From contig JAHFNS010000002.1 of assembly GCA_023267215.1 (NCBI GenBank), positions 192,892-256,891 of the forward strand: a stretch of 64,000 bases of DNA, read 5' to 3'. The notes under the pieces were generated by a model, which worked only from the letters and a program-made list of their open reading frames with translations, did no database searches and was not told the origin of the DNA. Below are positions 51,041-59,464 of the stretch, piece by piece; positions within the stretch are counted from its first letter, which is position 1, and each line of letters opens with the position of its first letter. Position numbers and translations under genes: made by a program. The stretch is from Candidatus Nomurabacteria bacterium (GTDB lineage: Bacteria; Patescibacteriota; Minisyncoccia; Phycocordibacterales; UBA9973).

Positions 51041-51355
51041 TTATTTAACTTGGGCTAATAGAAGAGATTTATAATTTGCCACTTCTTCTTTTGCGAGGTC
51101 TTCATAATTAGGTATCTCTTTTTTAATAAAATTAGTGAATGCTTCTACGTTTTCAGGATCATTTTCTAACATTTTTGAAAGTTCTATCTGTTTTTCTTCA
51201 CTCAAACCTTCCATCATCTTAATCCAAATACCTCGGGTGACCACATATCCTGCATCATCCAAAATGCTTTGTTTGATTTCTGGTTCAATGTCTTCTAAAT
51301 TAAGTTCCTTAAATAAATCCATCCCCAAAATTTTCTCTATTTCATCTTTATTCAT
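51041..51355 (-). CDS. Small acidic helical hypothetical protein
   Basis: 104-aa ORF ending FIKKEIPNYEDL. Confidence 0.7.
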   Translation of the reverse strand: MNKDEIEKILGMDLFKELNLEDIEPEIKQSILDDAGYVVTRGIWIKMMEGLSEEKQIELSKMLENDPENVEAFTNFIKKEIPNYEDLAKEEVANYKSLLLAQVK

Positions 51356-51655
51356 AATAGTTTATATTAATTTTAATAATTCAATTATGATGTTTTTATA
51401 CAAAAATGCAAGTATGCGAGTTATCCACAGCCAGGTTGACTTGACCCTCGGATTGGTCTACCCTTATAGAAGTACCGAACAGAAGTTGTGAAGCAAGTTG
51501 GCAGATATATCAGAAACGACAGTAACCATCGTGAGAACCTTATTTTGCAGTACAATTCAGGTCGTCCTGTAGTTCTACCCTAATTTTAAAGGATAGAATA
51601 GGGAATCTTGCGATAATTTGTTTGTCTTATAAAACCTCAATTTAAAATACTCAGC

Positions 51656-52750
51656 TTGATTCTGGCCTTTTCCTTGTTGTCTGGGACGCTTTTTGCTCCT
51701 TTCTTGGCTAGAGCCGACTTTATTTCTTTTATTTTAGGAAGTGAAGTTTCAGCAGATGTCACAGATTCTTTAACTTCTGGAACAACAGATAAAAACTCGC
51801 AAAATATGGCACTTTTGCAAGCAAATACGTCTTCCATTCCTGTTTTGCAAGATAAAAATGACAAAAAAGACGATATTAAAACAGAGGATAGTGTTAATAT
51901 TATGTCTGAAAACGCTCTTCTCCCTGCTACTAGCCATGTGAGTATTCCAGGAGAGACAGATATTGGAAACTCCTATTCTGATCAGATAAGTGTTTATGTG
52001 GTAAGAAAAGGCGATTCCCTCTCTCAAATAGCAGATATGTTTGGCGTTTCTGTAAAGACTATTTTAGCCTCTAACAGTATGAAGAAAAATGACAAGATAA
52101 AAGAAGGTGATGTCCTTTTCATTCTTCCTGTTTCAGGGCTTGAACATGCTGTGACCAAAGGACAAACCCTAAAAAGTATTGCTAAAATTTATAAGGTAGA
52201 TGTTTCAGATATTGCTGAATTTAATGGTATTACTGAAGACACAAAACTTGCTGTTGGAGATAAACTTTTAATTCCTGGTGGTGAAATGATGGATGAAGGA
52301 GGAGACAAACCAGCTTCAAACTTAGGTTCATCTGTAGCTCGAGATAAAAACTATTATGATGCTCATCCGATAAGAAGTCTTAGTGGATATTTTATAAATC
52401 CTGTACCGACTGGGCATAAAACTCAAGGTCTCCATGGTCCGGGCAATCGCGGAATAGATATCGGCGCACCAAAAGGCACTCCGATTTATGCCGCCGCTTC
52501 TGGAACAGTTTTCTTCGCTCGTATGGGATGGAACGGAGGTTATGGAAACTTAGTGATGATAGACCATCCAAATGGCACGAGGACTCTTTATGCTCACCAA
52601 ACAAAAATTGCAACTCATATTGGAGATACAGTTAAACAAGGAGAAATCATCGGCTACGTCGGTTCGACAGGACACTCAACTGGACCTCACGTTCACTTTG
52701 AAGTTTTCAATGCTAAAAACCCAGGTTCCGATTGGAGCTGGGCAAACTAA
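51656..52750 (+). CDS. LysM x2 + M23 peptidase (start codon uncertain)
   Basis: YVVRKGDSLSQIA, GIDIGAP, YAHQ, GHSTGPHVHFEV. Confidence 0.93.
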   Translation: MILAFSLLSGTLFAPFLARADFISFILGSEVSADVTDSLTSGTTDKNSQNMALLQANTSSIPVLQDKNDKKDDIKTEDSVNIMSENALLPATSHVSIPGETDIGNSYSDQISVYVVRKGDSLSQIADMFGVSVKTILASNSMKKNDKIKEGDVLFILPVSGLEHAVTKGQTLKSIAKIYKVDVSDIAEFNGITEDTKLAVGDKLLIPGGEMMDEGGDKPASNLGSSVARDKNYYDAHPIRSLSGYFINPVPTGHKTQGLHGPGNRGIDIGAPKGTPIYAAASGTVFFARMGWNGGYGNLVMIDHPNGTRTLYAHQTKIATHIGDTVKQGEIIGYVGSTGHSTGPHVHFEVFNAKNPGSDWSWAN

Positions 52751-52852
52751 AAAAAACCAAGCTAATATTTTTTCATGACTCGCACTCGAACCTGACAATG
52801 GTTTACGAATGTAATATTGCGTATGTCAAAAAAAGTATTAACTTGGCTTTTT
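52751..52852 (+). repeat. Family D element, intergenic
   Basis: Core catgactcgcactcgaacctgacaatggtttacg..attgcgtatgtca with its own imperfect arms. Confidence 0.92.
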
Positions 52853-52856
52853 TGTT

Positions 52857-53582
52857 TTATATTCCTGCTAATTTTATTGCACCATAGAGAACAGCGACAC
52901 CGAGTATTGTAGATGCCGTGGTCCACTTTGTCGGATGGTCGTGATGACTTTCTGGCAACAAGTCAGAGGCGCCAATATAGAGGAAAAAGCCTGTAAATAT
53001 AGCAAGAATCACGCCTAGGGTCGATTCAGAGACAGAGAAAAATAAAGTTGAAAGTATCCCCAAAACCGGAGCAACGGCATCAACTAGAAGCCATTTGAAA
53101 GCTTGAGCACGAGTGCCAGAATTTTTCAAAACCATATTCACAGTATTTATGCCATCAGAAAAATCATGTACCAAGACAGCGACAGCGACTATTCCTCCGA
53201 TAATTGCAGAAACTTGAAAAGCGAGACCTATGGCCATGCCGTCTATGAAACTATGTATAGATAAACTTCCTGCACCGAGCACTCCCCTTTTGTTTAAATT
53301 AATTTCTTCGTCATCATGCGCACTGTGTGAATGAAAAAAAACAAATCTATCTAAAACCATATAAATAATAAAACCGAGAGCTGCGATGGAAGTTATAAAA
53401 TTAATATCATAAATTCCGTTTCCAAGTTCTAATGCTTCAGGCAACAAATCAAAAAAAGCCACACCGATCACAGCCCCGGCTGAAAATCCTAAAATCAAAT
53501 GTAGTTTATCTTTAAAACGCAAAGCGAACATTCCTCCTAGAAAGGTAGAAATTAATGTCGCTATGCTTATTAAAATTATCAT
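52857..53582 (-). CDS. ZIP family metal transporter
   Basis: HSFIDGMAIG, VHDFSDG, DLLPESH. Confidence 0.93.
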   Translation of the reverse strand: MIILISIATLISTFLGGMFALRFKDKLHLILGFSAGAVIGVAFFDLLPEALELGNGIYDINFITSIAALGFIIYMVLDRFVFFHSHSAHDDEEINLNKRGVLGAGSLSIHSFIDGMAIGLAFQVSAIIGGIVAVAVLVHDFSDGINTVNMVLKNSGTRAQAFKWLLVDAVAPVLGILSTLFFSVSESTLGVILAIFTGFFLYIGASDLLPESHHDHPTKWTTASTILGVAVLYGAIKLAGI

Positions 53583-53586
53583 ACTG

Positions 53587-53657
53587 TGCGGGATGGGAGA
53601 ATCGAACTCCCAACCTCAGTTTGGAAAACTGACGTTTTACCATTAAACTAATCCCGC
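53587..53657 (-). tRNA. tRNA-Gly(TCC)
   Basis: Cloverleaf; anticodon loop tttccaa. Confidence 0.95.
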
Positions 53658-53670
53658 TTATTCTCTTTTG

Positions 53671-53741
53671 TCGGGCTGCTGGGAATCGAACCCAGTCTAA
53701 ACGCTCCCAAAGCGCTTGTACTACCGGTATACTACAGCCCG
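53671..53741 (-). tRNA. tRNA-Pro(TGG)
   Basis: Cloverleaf; anticodon loop tttggga. Confidence 0.93.
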
Positions 53742-53779
53742 AAAATTTATTAGATTGTAAAAATATCTTTACCGACTAT

Positions 53780-53833
53780 AGTCTAAACGCTCTCATCACG
53801 AAAGCGCTTGTACTACCGGTATACTACAGCCCG
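53780..53833 (-). pseudogene. 5'-part duplicate of tRNA-Pro with an expanded anticodon loop
   Basis: Identical to tRNA-Pro from the 5' end to the variable loop except ggg is replaced by cgtgatgag; no T arm. Confidence 0.8.
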
Positions 53834-53838
53834 AAGAC

Positions 53839-53921
53839 TAAAAACTAGAATATAAAAGTTTTCGCCTGCGGGCACTGGCTTCGTTTTGTCCGCCAGAAAA
53901 TTTTTGATATTCTAGTTTTTA
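53839..53921. repeat. Long-arm hairpin with a GC-rich 32-nt loop
   Basis: About 25-bp arms taaaaactagaatat.. / ..atattctagttttta. Confidence 0.75.
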
Positions 53922-53927
53922 ACTATA

Positions 53928-54356
53928 TCATAAAATAATATCACTTACCACTTTTACCCTCGCTTTTCTCTCTTTTAAGCATAAATATACAACCAATAAA
54001 TCAACTTGCCATTCAACATTTTCTGGAACATTTTTATGTAAAAGATAAGTTTGTATTGTCCTTGAGAGTCTTTTAAGTTTCCATGGATGCATATTGTCTT
54101 CTGGTCTATGCTCATATCTTTCGTCGGAATCATTATAAGATTTTGGTATAAAAGTACTTAAAGTTTCTCGTGAAACACTCTTTACTTCAATAAAATAGAG
54201 TTTATGGTCCTTTTCAGTCACAATATCTATTTCTCCCCATTTCTTAGTATAATTACGGTCTAATATAGAAAAATCATGTTTCATGAGAAACTTTGTTGCT
54301 ATATTCTCACCCAACTCTCCTATTTTTTGTTTTTCTGAAGTAAAAACTTTTGGCAT
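53928..54356 (-). CDS. YraN (UPF0102) nuclease-like protein
   Basis: GELGENIA, RNY..WGEIDIV, FIEVK. Confidence 0.92.
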   Translation of the reverse strand: MPKVFTSEKQKIGELGENIATKFLMKHDFSILDRNYTKKWGEIDIVTEKDHKLYFIEVKSVSRETLSTFIPKSYNDSDERYEHRPEDNMHPWKLKRLSRTIQTYLLHKNVPENVEWQVDLLVVYLCLKERKARVKVVSDIIL

Positions 54357-54605
54357 AATCTTTAAGTTTCATAAGAAACACTCAAAATCCTACCACGTGA
54401 AACATTTTTCATTAATTTGATGTCTTTTATTAAAATATCCTTATTTTTCAACATATTTTTAATAAAAAGGACCTAAAAGACAAATTTTTTTGATGTCCTT
54501 TATAAACATTATTAACATAGTTATCCACAGTTTTCCACAAAATCCTTATAAATTAAGTTATAAATAAAGGACAGTGTGTGAACAAACCTTTCTGGCTTTC
54601 TCTTG

Positions 54606-54677
54606 TGCACCCGGAGGGATTCGAACCCCCAACAACTGCTTCGAAGGCAGGTATGATATCCATTTCACTACGGGTGC
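54606..54677 (-). tRNA. tRNA-Arg(TCG)
   Basis: Cloverleaf; anticodon loop cttcgaa. Confidence 0.95.
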
Positions 54678-54822
54678 AATCTTATTAATTATACATCATT
54701 TTAAAAAATATCAAAATATGCTTATTTTATAAGGTTAGAATAAAAAATTGCAATATGTTAAATAACATAATATAATTAGATTAATAAGATAGTTTAAAGG
54801 TCTTATTATTAAATATAACTTA

Positions 54823-54893
54823 GCGGTTATGGTTTAGTGGTAGAACACGTCCTTGCCAAGGATGAGACGGGAGTTCGATTCTCCCTAGCCGCA
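54823..54893 (+). tRNA. tRNA-Gly(GCC)
   Basis: Cloverleaf; anticodon loop ttgccaa. Confidence 0.95.
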
Positions 54894-54904
54894 CAGAATT
54901 ATAG

Positions 54905-56575
54905 ATGGCCTCTATAGAAACAAAAAACTTAATATCTAAAATTCCCAAGGAAGTTTCACATGTAACAGAGACCTTAGAAAAGGCCGGTTTTGAGGCATAT
55001 TTAGTCGGTGGTTGTGTACGAGACCTAGTGATAGGTAGGGAACCAAAAGATTGGGATGTGACAACTAACGCCAGACCAGATCAAATAATCAGTTTATTTG
55101 AGAAAACTGTATATGAAAACAATTTTGGGACGGTTATAGTGGTTCTCCCCCTGCTAAGGGGGAGTGGTTCGGTAAACCGAACCGAGGGGGTGGTTTCACG
55201 AGAAACAGACTCCTCCTCAATTCTCCCCTTTGCAGGGGAGGAAAATATACTAATAGAAGTTACACCATATAGAACAGAGGCAAAATATACTGATTTTAGG
55301 CATCCAGACGAGGTTTTGTTTAGCGATAATTTAGAAGATGATCTTAAAAGACGTGATTTTACAGTAAATGCAATGGCCTATAGAAATGGAAGCATAACGG
55401 ACATGTTTGATGGTCTAAAGGACATCAAAGAAAAAGTGTTAAAGACAGTAGGGGAAGCAGATCATAGATTTACAGAAGATGCTCTTAGAATGCTTAGAGC
55501 TATAAGAATAGCTTTACAACTTGATTTTTCTGTTTCTCATGAAACAACTGAAAGCATCATAAAGAATGCAGATTTAATAAAAAAAATATCACCAGAAAGA
55601 ATTCGAGATGAATTTGTAAAAATAATTTTATCCCCAAATCCATCTGTCGGAATAGTGATGTTGGAAAAATTTGGTTTATTAAAAAATATTGTTCCTGAAT
55701 TGGAAGAGGGAATAAATTGCGAACAAGGAGGGGAGCATATTTATGATGTTTGGAATCATTTACTTCATGCATTACAGCATGCTGCAGACAAAAACTGGCC
55801 TTTGGAAATAAGGCTTGCTGCGCTTTTTCATGATATTGGGAAACCCCGAGCTCGTAGGTTGGCAGAGTTGACGAATAATTTAGCATGGTCTGGCCGGGAT
55901 AGGGACCCGGGGATCCGAGGACCTGATAAATTATTTGGCAACCCTGCCAACAAGAAGAAATATACTTTTTATGGTCATGAAGTTGTGAGTGCAAAAATGA
56001 CAAAAAAAATAATGGAGAAGTTAAAATTTTCAAGAAAAGAAATTGATTTGACCGAAAAACTTGTTCGTAACCATATGTTTTTTTCCGACACAGAACAGAT
56101 TACACTTTCTGCTGTCAGGAGAATAATTACGAAAGTTGGTGCTGAAGATGTGTGGTCTCTAATGAATGTGCGTGAATGTGACAGAGTCGGGATGAAGAAA
56201 AAAGAAGCACCATATCGTTTACGAAAATATTTTGCCATGATAGAAGAAGCATTGCATGATCCTATCTCTGTTGGACAACTCAAAATAGATGGGGAATTTA
56301 TGATAAAAGAGCTCTGTATTGCACCAGGTCCTCGTATGGGATGGATATTGAATGCACTTCTTGAAGAAGTGTTAGATGACCCAGCAAAAAATACAGAAAA
56401 ACATTTGAGTGAACTCGTTAAATCTTTAAATATGCTCGGTGACGCAGAATTAAAAACATTGGGGGATAGGGGAAAAGAAAAAAAAGAAGAACTTGAAGAA
56501 AAGGAAGTAGAAAAACTGCATTCTAAGCATGCTGTGTCCTTCGAAGTGAAGCGAAGTAGGAGGGTGAAAAAATAA
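54905..56575 (+). CDS. cca: CCA tRNA nucleotidyltransferase with HD domain; hairpin insertions
   Basis: VGGCVRD..DWDV, RRDFTVNA, EDALRMLRA, ERIRDE, FHDIGK. Confidence 0.92.
   Translation: MASIETKNLISKIPKEVSHVTETLEKAGFEAYLVGGCVRDLVIGREPKDWDVTTNARPDQIISLFEKTVYENNFGTVIVVLPLLRGSGSVNRTEGVVSRETDSSSILPFAGEENILIEVTPYRTEAKYTDFRHPDEVLFSDNLEDDLKRRDFTVNAMAYRNGSITDMFDGLKDIKEKVLKTVGEADHRFTEDALRMLRAIRIALQLDFSVSHETTESIIKNADLIKKISPERIRDEFVKIILSPNPSVGIVMLEKFGLLKNIVPELEEGINCEQGGEHIYDVWNHLLHALQHAADKNWPLEIRLAALFHDIGKPRARRLAELTNNLAWSGRDRDPGIRGPDKLFGNPANKKKYTFYGHEVVSAKMTKKIMEKLKFSRKEIDLTEKLVRNHMFFSDTEQITLSAVRRIITKVGAEDVWSLMNVRECDRVGMKKKEAPYRLRKYFAMIEEALHDPISVGQLKIDGEFMIKELCIAPGPRMGWILNALLEEVLDDPAKNTEKHLSELVKSLNMLGDAELKTLGDRGKEKKEELEEKEVEKLHSKHAVSFEVKRSRRVKK
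55145..55240. repeat. Family B composite element, in frame in cca
   Basis: ctccccct-gcta-agggggag ... ctcccct-ttgc-aggggag; encloses a parS-like site. Confidence 0.8.
55858..55951 (+). repeat. Family C element, in frame in cca
   Basis: 28-bp arms with 4 mismatches around the 38-nt core. Confidence 0.93.
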
Positions 56576-56679
56576 AAATACAAAAATAGATACTTTTTCA
56601 CGGCTCGCACTCGAACCTGAAAATGGTTTACGAAACTAATATTGCGTATGCCAAAAAAAGTATCTATTTTTGTATTTTT
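56574..56679 (+). repeat. Family D element, intergenic
   Basis: Perfect 25-bp arms unique to this copy; 56-nt conserved core. Confidence 0.93.
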
Positions 56680-56976
56680 CTACTCACCACTTTCACTGAT
56701 AGAAAAATCGTCAAAATCATTTTTGGCTTCGTGCCAAGAAACAGAAAAATTTTCTATCGGAGATAATAGAAAAAATCTTTTTTTCCCAGTTTGTAATTTT
56801 CTCATAAAAAAAAGAAGATTTTGTTCTTCTCCTTCTGCTACAACTTTTATACTGCCATCATTTTTAACAAAAGCGACACCTTTTAATTCTAGGTTAATAG
56901 CATGATTATAAATCCATAATAGATAATCATAATTTAAATTTCTTCCCCACATTAAACATTCTATACATTTTTGCAT
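56680..56976 (-). CDS. Acylphosphatase-fold protein with a degenerate active site
   Basis: L.LKG..DGSIKVVAEGEE..FDDFSI; GxVQGVGFR absent. Confidence 0.7.
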   Translation of the reverse strand: MQKCIECLMWGRNLNYDYLLWIYNHAINLELKGVAFVKNDGSIKVVAEGEEQNLLFFMRKLQTGKKRFFLLSPIENFSVSWHEAKNDFDDFSISESGE

Positions 56977-56986
56977 AAGATTTTTT

Positions 56987-57030
56987 TAAGCTGGGCTTAA
57001 GGAAACTCTCTCCTAAGCCCAGCTTAGGGG
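56987..57030. repeat. Family A hairpin, intergenic
   Basis: taagctgggctta / taagcccagctta; shares cccctaagctgggcttaggagag with the jag copy. Confidence 0.88.
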
Positions 57031-57032
57031 CA

Positions 57033-58712
57033 TTAATATATCTCTTGATTATAACATTTTTCGCAATAAATTGTTTCAGGACGATCGGGGGAATATGAAG
57101 TTTCGAATTCATTTACGCAGCCTTCCTTCATACATTTTCTATGCCAGAGCTTACGAGGATTTCTCTTAGACATTCTTTCTTTGTGCCTACATTCGAAATC
57201 TTTATGAGGCAAGGGAAGATTCATCCTTTTATAAAAACTTAATTCTGCTTGAGTGATTCTAAAATTTTTATTACATTCTTCACAGACTAAAATTTCATTT
57301 AATATTTTTTCATCAACCTCTTCTATGGTATTAGGGATTTCCCCATCTTTTATTGTTTCCTTTCCATATGTGCCTGTCATTTTCTCTTGCCAAGTGAAGC
57401 CTCTTTTTATTGCTTCGTCTTTAGTGAGTGGAAAAAAGTCGTGAGCTAAAGTTTCATTGTAACAATATGGAGCAAGGCTAGTAGGGAAATATTGTCCGAA
57501 GGTTCCATCTTTTTTTAATTCATTTTCAATATGTTCTTTTGTTTTAAAGTATTCATCTTTGGTGTAAGTTTTATTTAAAATCATATATTCTCCTTTACGA
57601 ATTGCAGTACAACCTATGCCACTAGTTAAGTTCCAACAACTTTCGCAATATTCTAATTCGTTCGAAGAAAAAACGAAGGAACAATTTTTACATTTACTGA
57701 TTTGCATTGCGCCCATTATATTGTAATTGAATTCACACTTGTAATAATAATTGTTGCAATCCCAGCTATCCGTCGGATTCTCTGTATCGGTCACATAAGA
57801 GCAATTCTTCGCATCGTAAGTGTCATAAAGCATTAAGCCTTGATGGCAGTTGTGTAAATAATCGCCAATAACATTATTGCATTTAGTTTGGCAGGCGTAT
57901 TTTACAATAGTTTTTTTCTTTAAATCGGCAAATTCCTTTTTAGCCTCTTGAATACTTTCGTAGCTTGCAAGGATTTCCGCTTTTTTCTTTTCATATTCTT
58001 CCTTGGTGTACTTAACATTTAAAATTGCGTTAGATAGGTGTCTACCATTTGTACAGAAAATACAATTGCTCGAGTCACGCATGTTGTAACAAAATAATAA
58101 ATCAGTAGAAGACTGACATTGTTCGACGAACATGCACTTAAAACAATTTCGACAATCTATACATTCATAACAAAGTTCTGATTCGTGGAGGAATGCACAG
58201 TCAACACAGAATTTGTCTCGCTGGAGGAGTCTGCTATACATACAGTCTTCATTGTAGTCAGCCGCAAAAATAAGATAGCAATCTTTATTCTCGGCGGAGC
58301 CATTGGTATAATCGCTTCTCACATTATTTACGACCATAATGCCGAGTCTTGGAACTTTTTCTAATAGTTCTTTTAGTTGAGTGAAAAAAGGTTTGTTGAA
58401 ATCGTAATCCATCGCATAACTTTTCGGATCCCATTCGTCGCTCCACCAACAATTGTGACAATATACTTTATAATTTGAATCGTTTCTATAAAGAGAAATA
58501 AAATCTTTTTTGCATAAATCACATTGTCTTTTATAAAAAGTTCTTTCATTACGAAAAATCAATCGTCTAGCCATACGACAATCTGGACAATCGAGGGGAG
58601 GGACGATCTTCATCTGCTCATAAAAAGTAAGATCTTCTTTTCTTATTTCAAAATCCTTATTACATGTTTTGCAAACCGCAGGTACTGAGCCTGTCGAATG
58701 TATTTTATTCAT
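57033..58712 (-). CDS. Cys-rich hypothetical protein
   Basis: CPDCR..RNER..YKR.CDLC, short Cys repeats, ELSFYKRMNLPLP, IYCEKCY. Confidence 0.85.
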   Translation of the reverse strand: MNKIHSTGSVPAVCKTCNKDFEIRKEDLTFYEQMKIVPPLDCPDCRMARRLIFRNERTFYKRQCDLCKKDFISLYRNDSNYKVYCHNCWWSDEWDPKSYAMDYDFNKPFFTQLKELLEKVPRLGIMVVNNVRSDYTNGSAENKDCYLIFAADYNEDCMYSRLLQRDKFCVDCAFLHESELCYECIDCRNCFKCMFVEQCQSSTDLLFCYNMRDSSNCIFCTNGRHLSNAILNVKYTKEEYEKKKAEILASYESIQEAKKEFADLKKKTIVKYACQTKCNNVIGDYLHNCHQGLMLYDTYDAKNCSYVTDTENPTDSWDCNNYYYKCEFNYNIMGAMQISKCKNCSFVFSSNELEYCESCWNLTSGIGCTAIRKGEYMILNKTYTKDEYFKTKEHIENELKKDGTFGQYFPTSLAPYCYNETLAHDFFPLTKDEAIKRGFTWQEKMTGTYGKETIKDGEIPNTIEEVDEKILNEILVCEECNKNFRITQAELSFYKRMNLPLPHKDFECRHKERMSKRNPRKLWHRKCMKEGCVNEFETSYSPDRPETIYCEKCYNQEIY

Positions 58713-58833
58713 AATTTATTTATATATTAATAATAATCCTTTTTTCCTGTCCCGTACTAAGTTTTACTTTAGTACCGGGATTAACTTTATAAAGCCGAGA
58801 AAGAATTTTGTGATTCTTTCTCGATTCTAAAAA

Positions 58834-59274
58834 TTAACTTCTCGATGAAAATAAAGAACCTATTTCTTCTTCATTTACTGAATAACTTACGTCCTTTTTG
58901 GGATTTGGATTTGGAATTGGTATTGCCCAGAGCTCGAATACCTTTTCCCCGGAGTTGAGAGCTTCTTGTTTTTTTTCTTCTATATATTGTAAATCTCCGC
59001 GAGATTTAACAGTATTAAGGGGGTCTTTATAATGAAGTTCTTTACCATCAAACCATCCACAACGTTCTTGAATAACATAATGAGCGCAAATAGGAAATTT
59101 TAGATGTAAATCTAGTAAAACATAATCAAAAGTATTAAAAACATCGATAGATATTTTTTTTACTTGTTCTGTAGTGAGAACAACAACTTCCCGGTCTTTT
59201 GATTTTAGTAATAAGTTTCCGATACTTTCTTTTGTCTCTTTGTCTGAAATTACTAAAATTTTTAAAGCTTTCAT
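58834..59274 (-). CDS. Hypothetical protein
   Basis: 146-aa ORF with aaggag SD and ttgaca/tatact promoter upstream. Confidence 0.65.
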   Translation of the reverse strand: MKALKILVISDKETKESIGNLLLKSKDREVVVLTTEQVKKISIDVFNTFDYVLLDLHLKFPICAHYVIQERCGWFDGKELHYKDPLNTVKSRGDLQYIEEKKQEALNSGEKVFELWAIPIPNPNPKKDVSYSVNEEEIGSLFSSRS

Positions 59275-59429
59275 TTTAGGCTCCTTTTTAAGTTATAAAT
59301 AACATTTATTGTTCTGAGGGTAGTATAGCATATTGAGATACGCTTGTCAAGTATAATGAGCAAAGAAATTCTAAAATATACTATAATTATAAGGTTAAAA
59401 ATTACTAATGTAAATTTTGTTCGCATGGG

Positions 59430-59458
59430 TTGACAAAATATTAGGCTTGGAATATAAT
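59430..59458 (+). promoter_or_regulatory. Consensus sigma70 promoter, leaderless
   Basis: TTGACA-N17-TATAAT, ATG 6 nt downstream. Confidence 0.85.
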
Positions 59459-59464
59459 GGATTT

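Larger units (their letters stand above)
54162..55546. other. Cluster of seven parS-like sites
   Basis: 12-14/16 matches to TGTTTCACGTGAAACA at 54162, 54277, 54365, 54389, 54952, 55192, 55531. Confidence 0.75.

Noticed and set aside
4081-56575. In-frame inserts as inteins or group I/II introns
   Set aside because: They are too short (under about 120 bp) and lack intein C..HN ends or recognisable intron cores.
58750-58823. Two intergenic hairpins upstream of the Cys-rich gene
   Set aside because: Single copies in this window; adequately explained as terminator-like structures.
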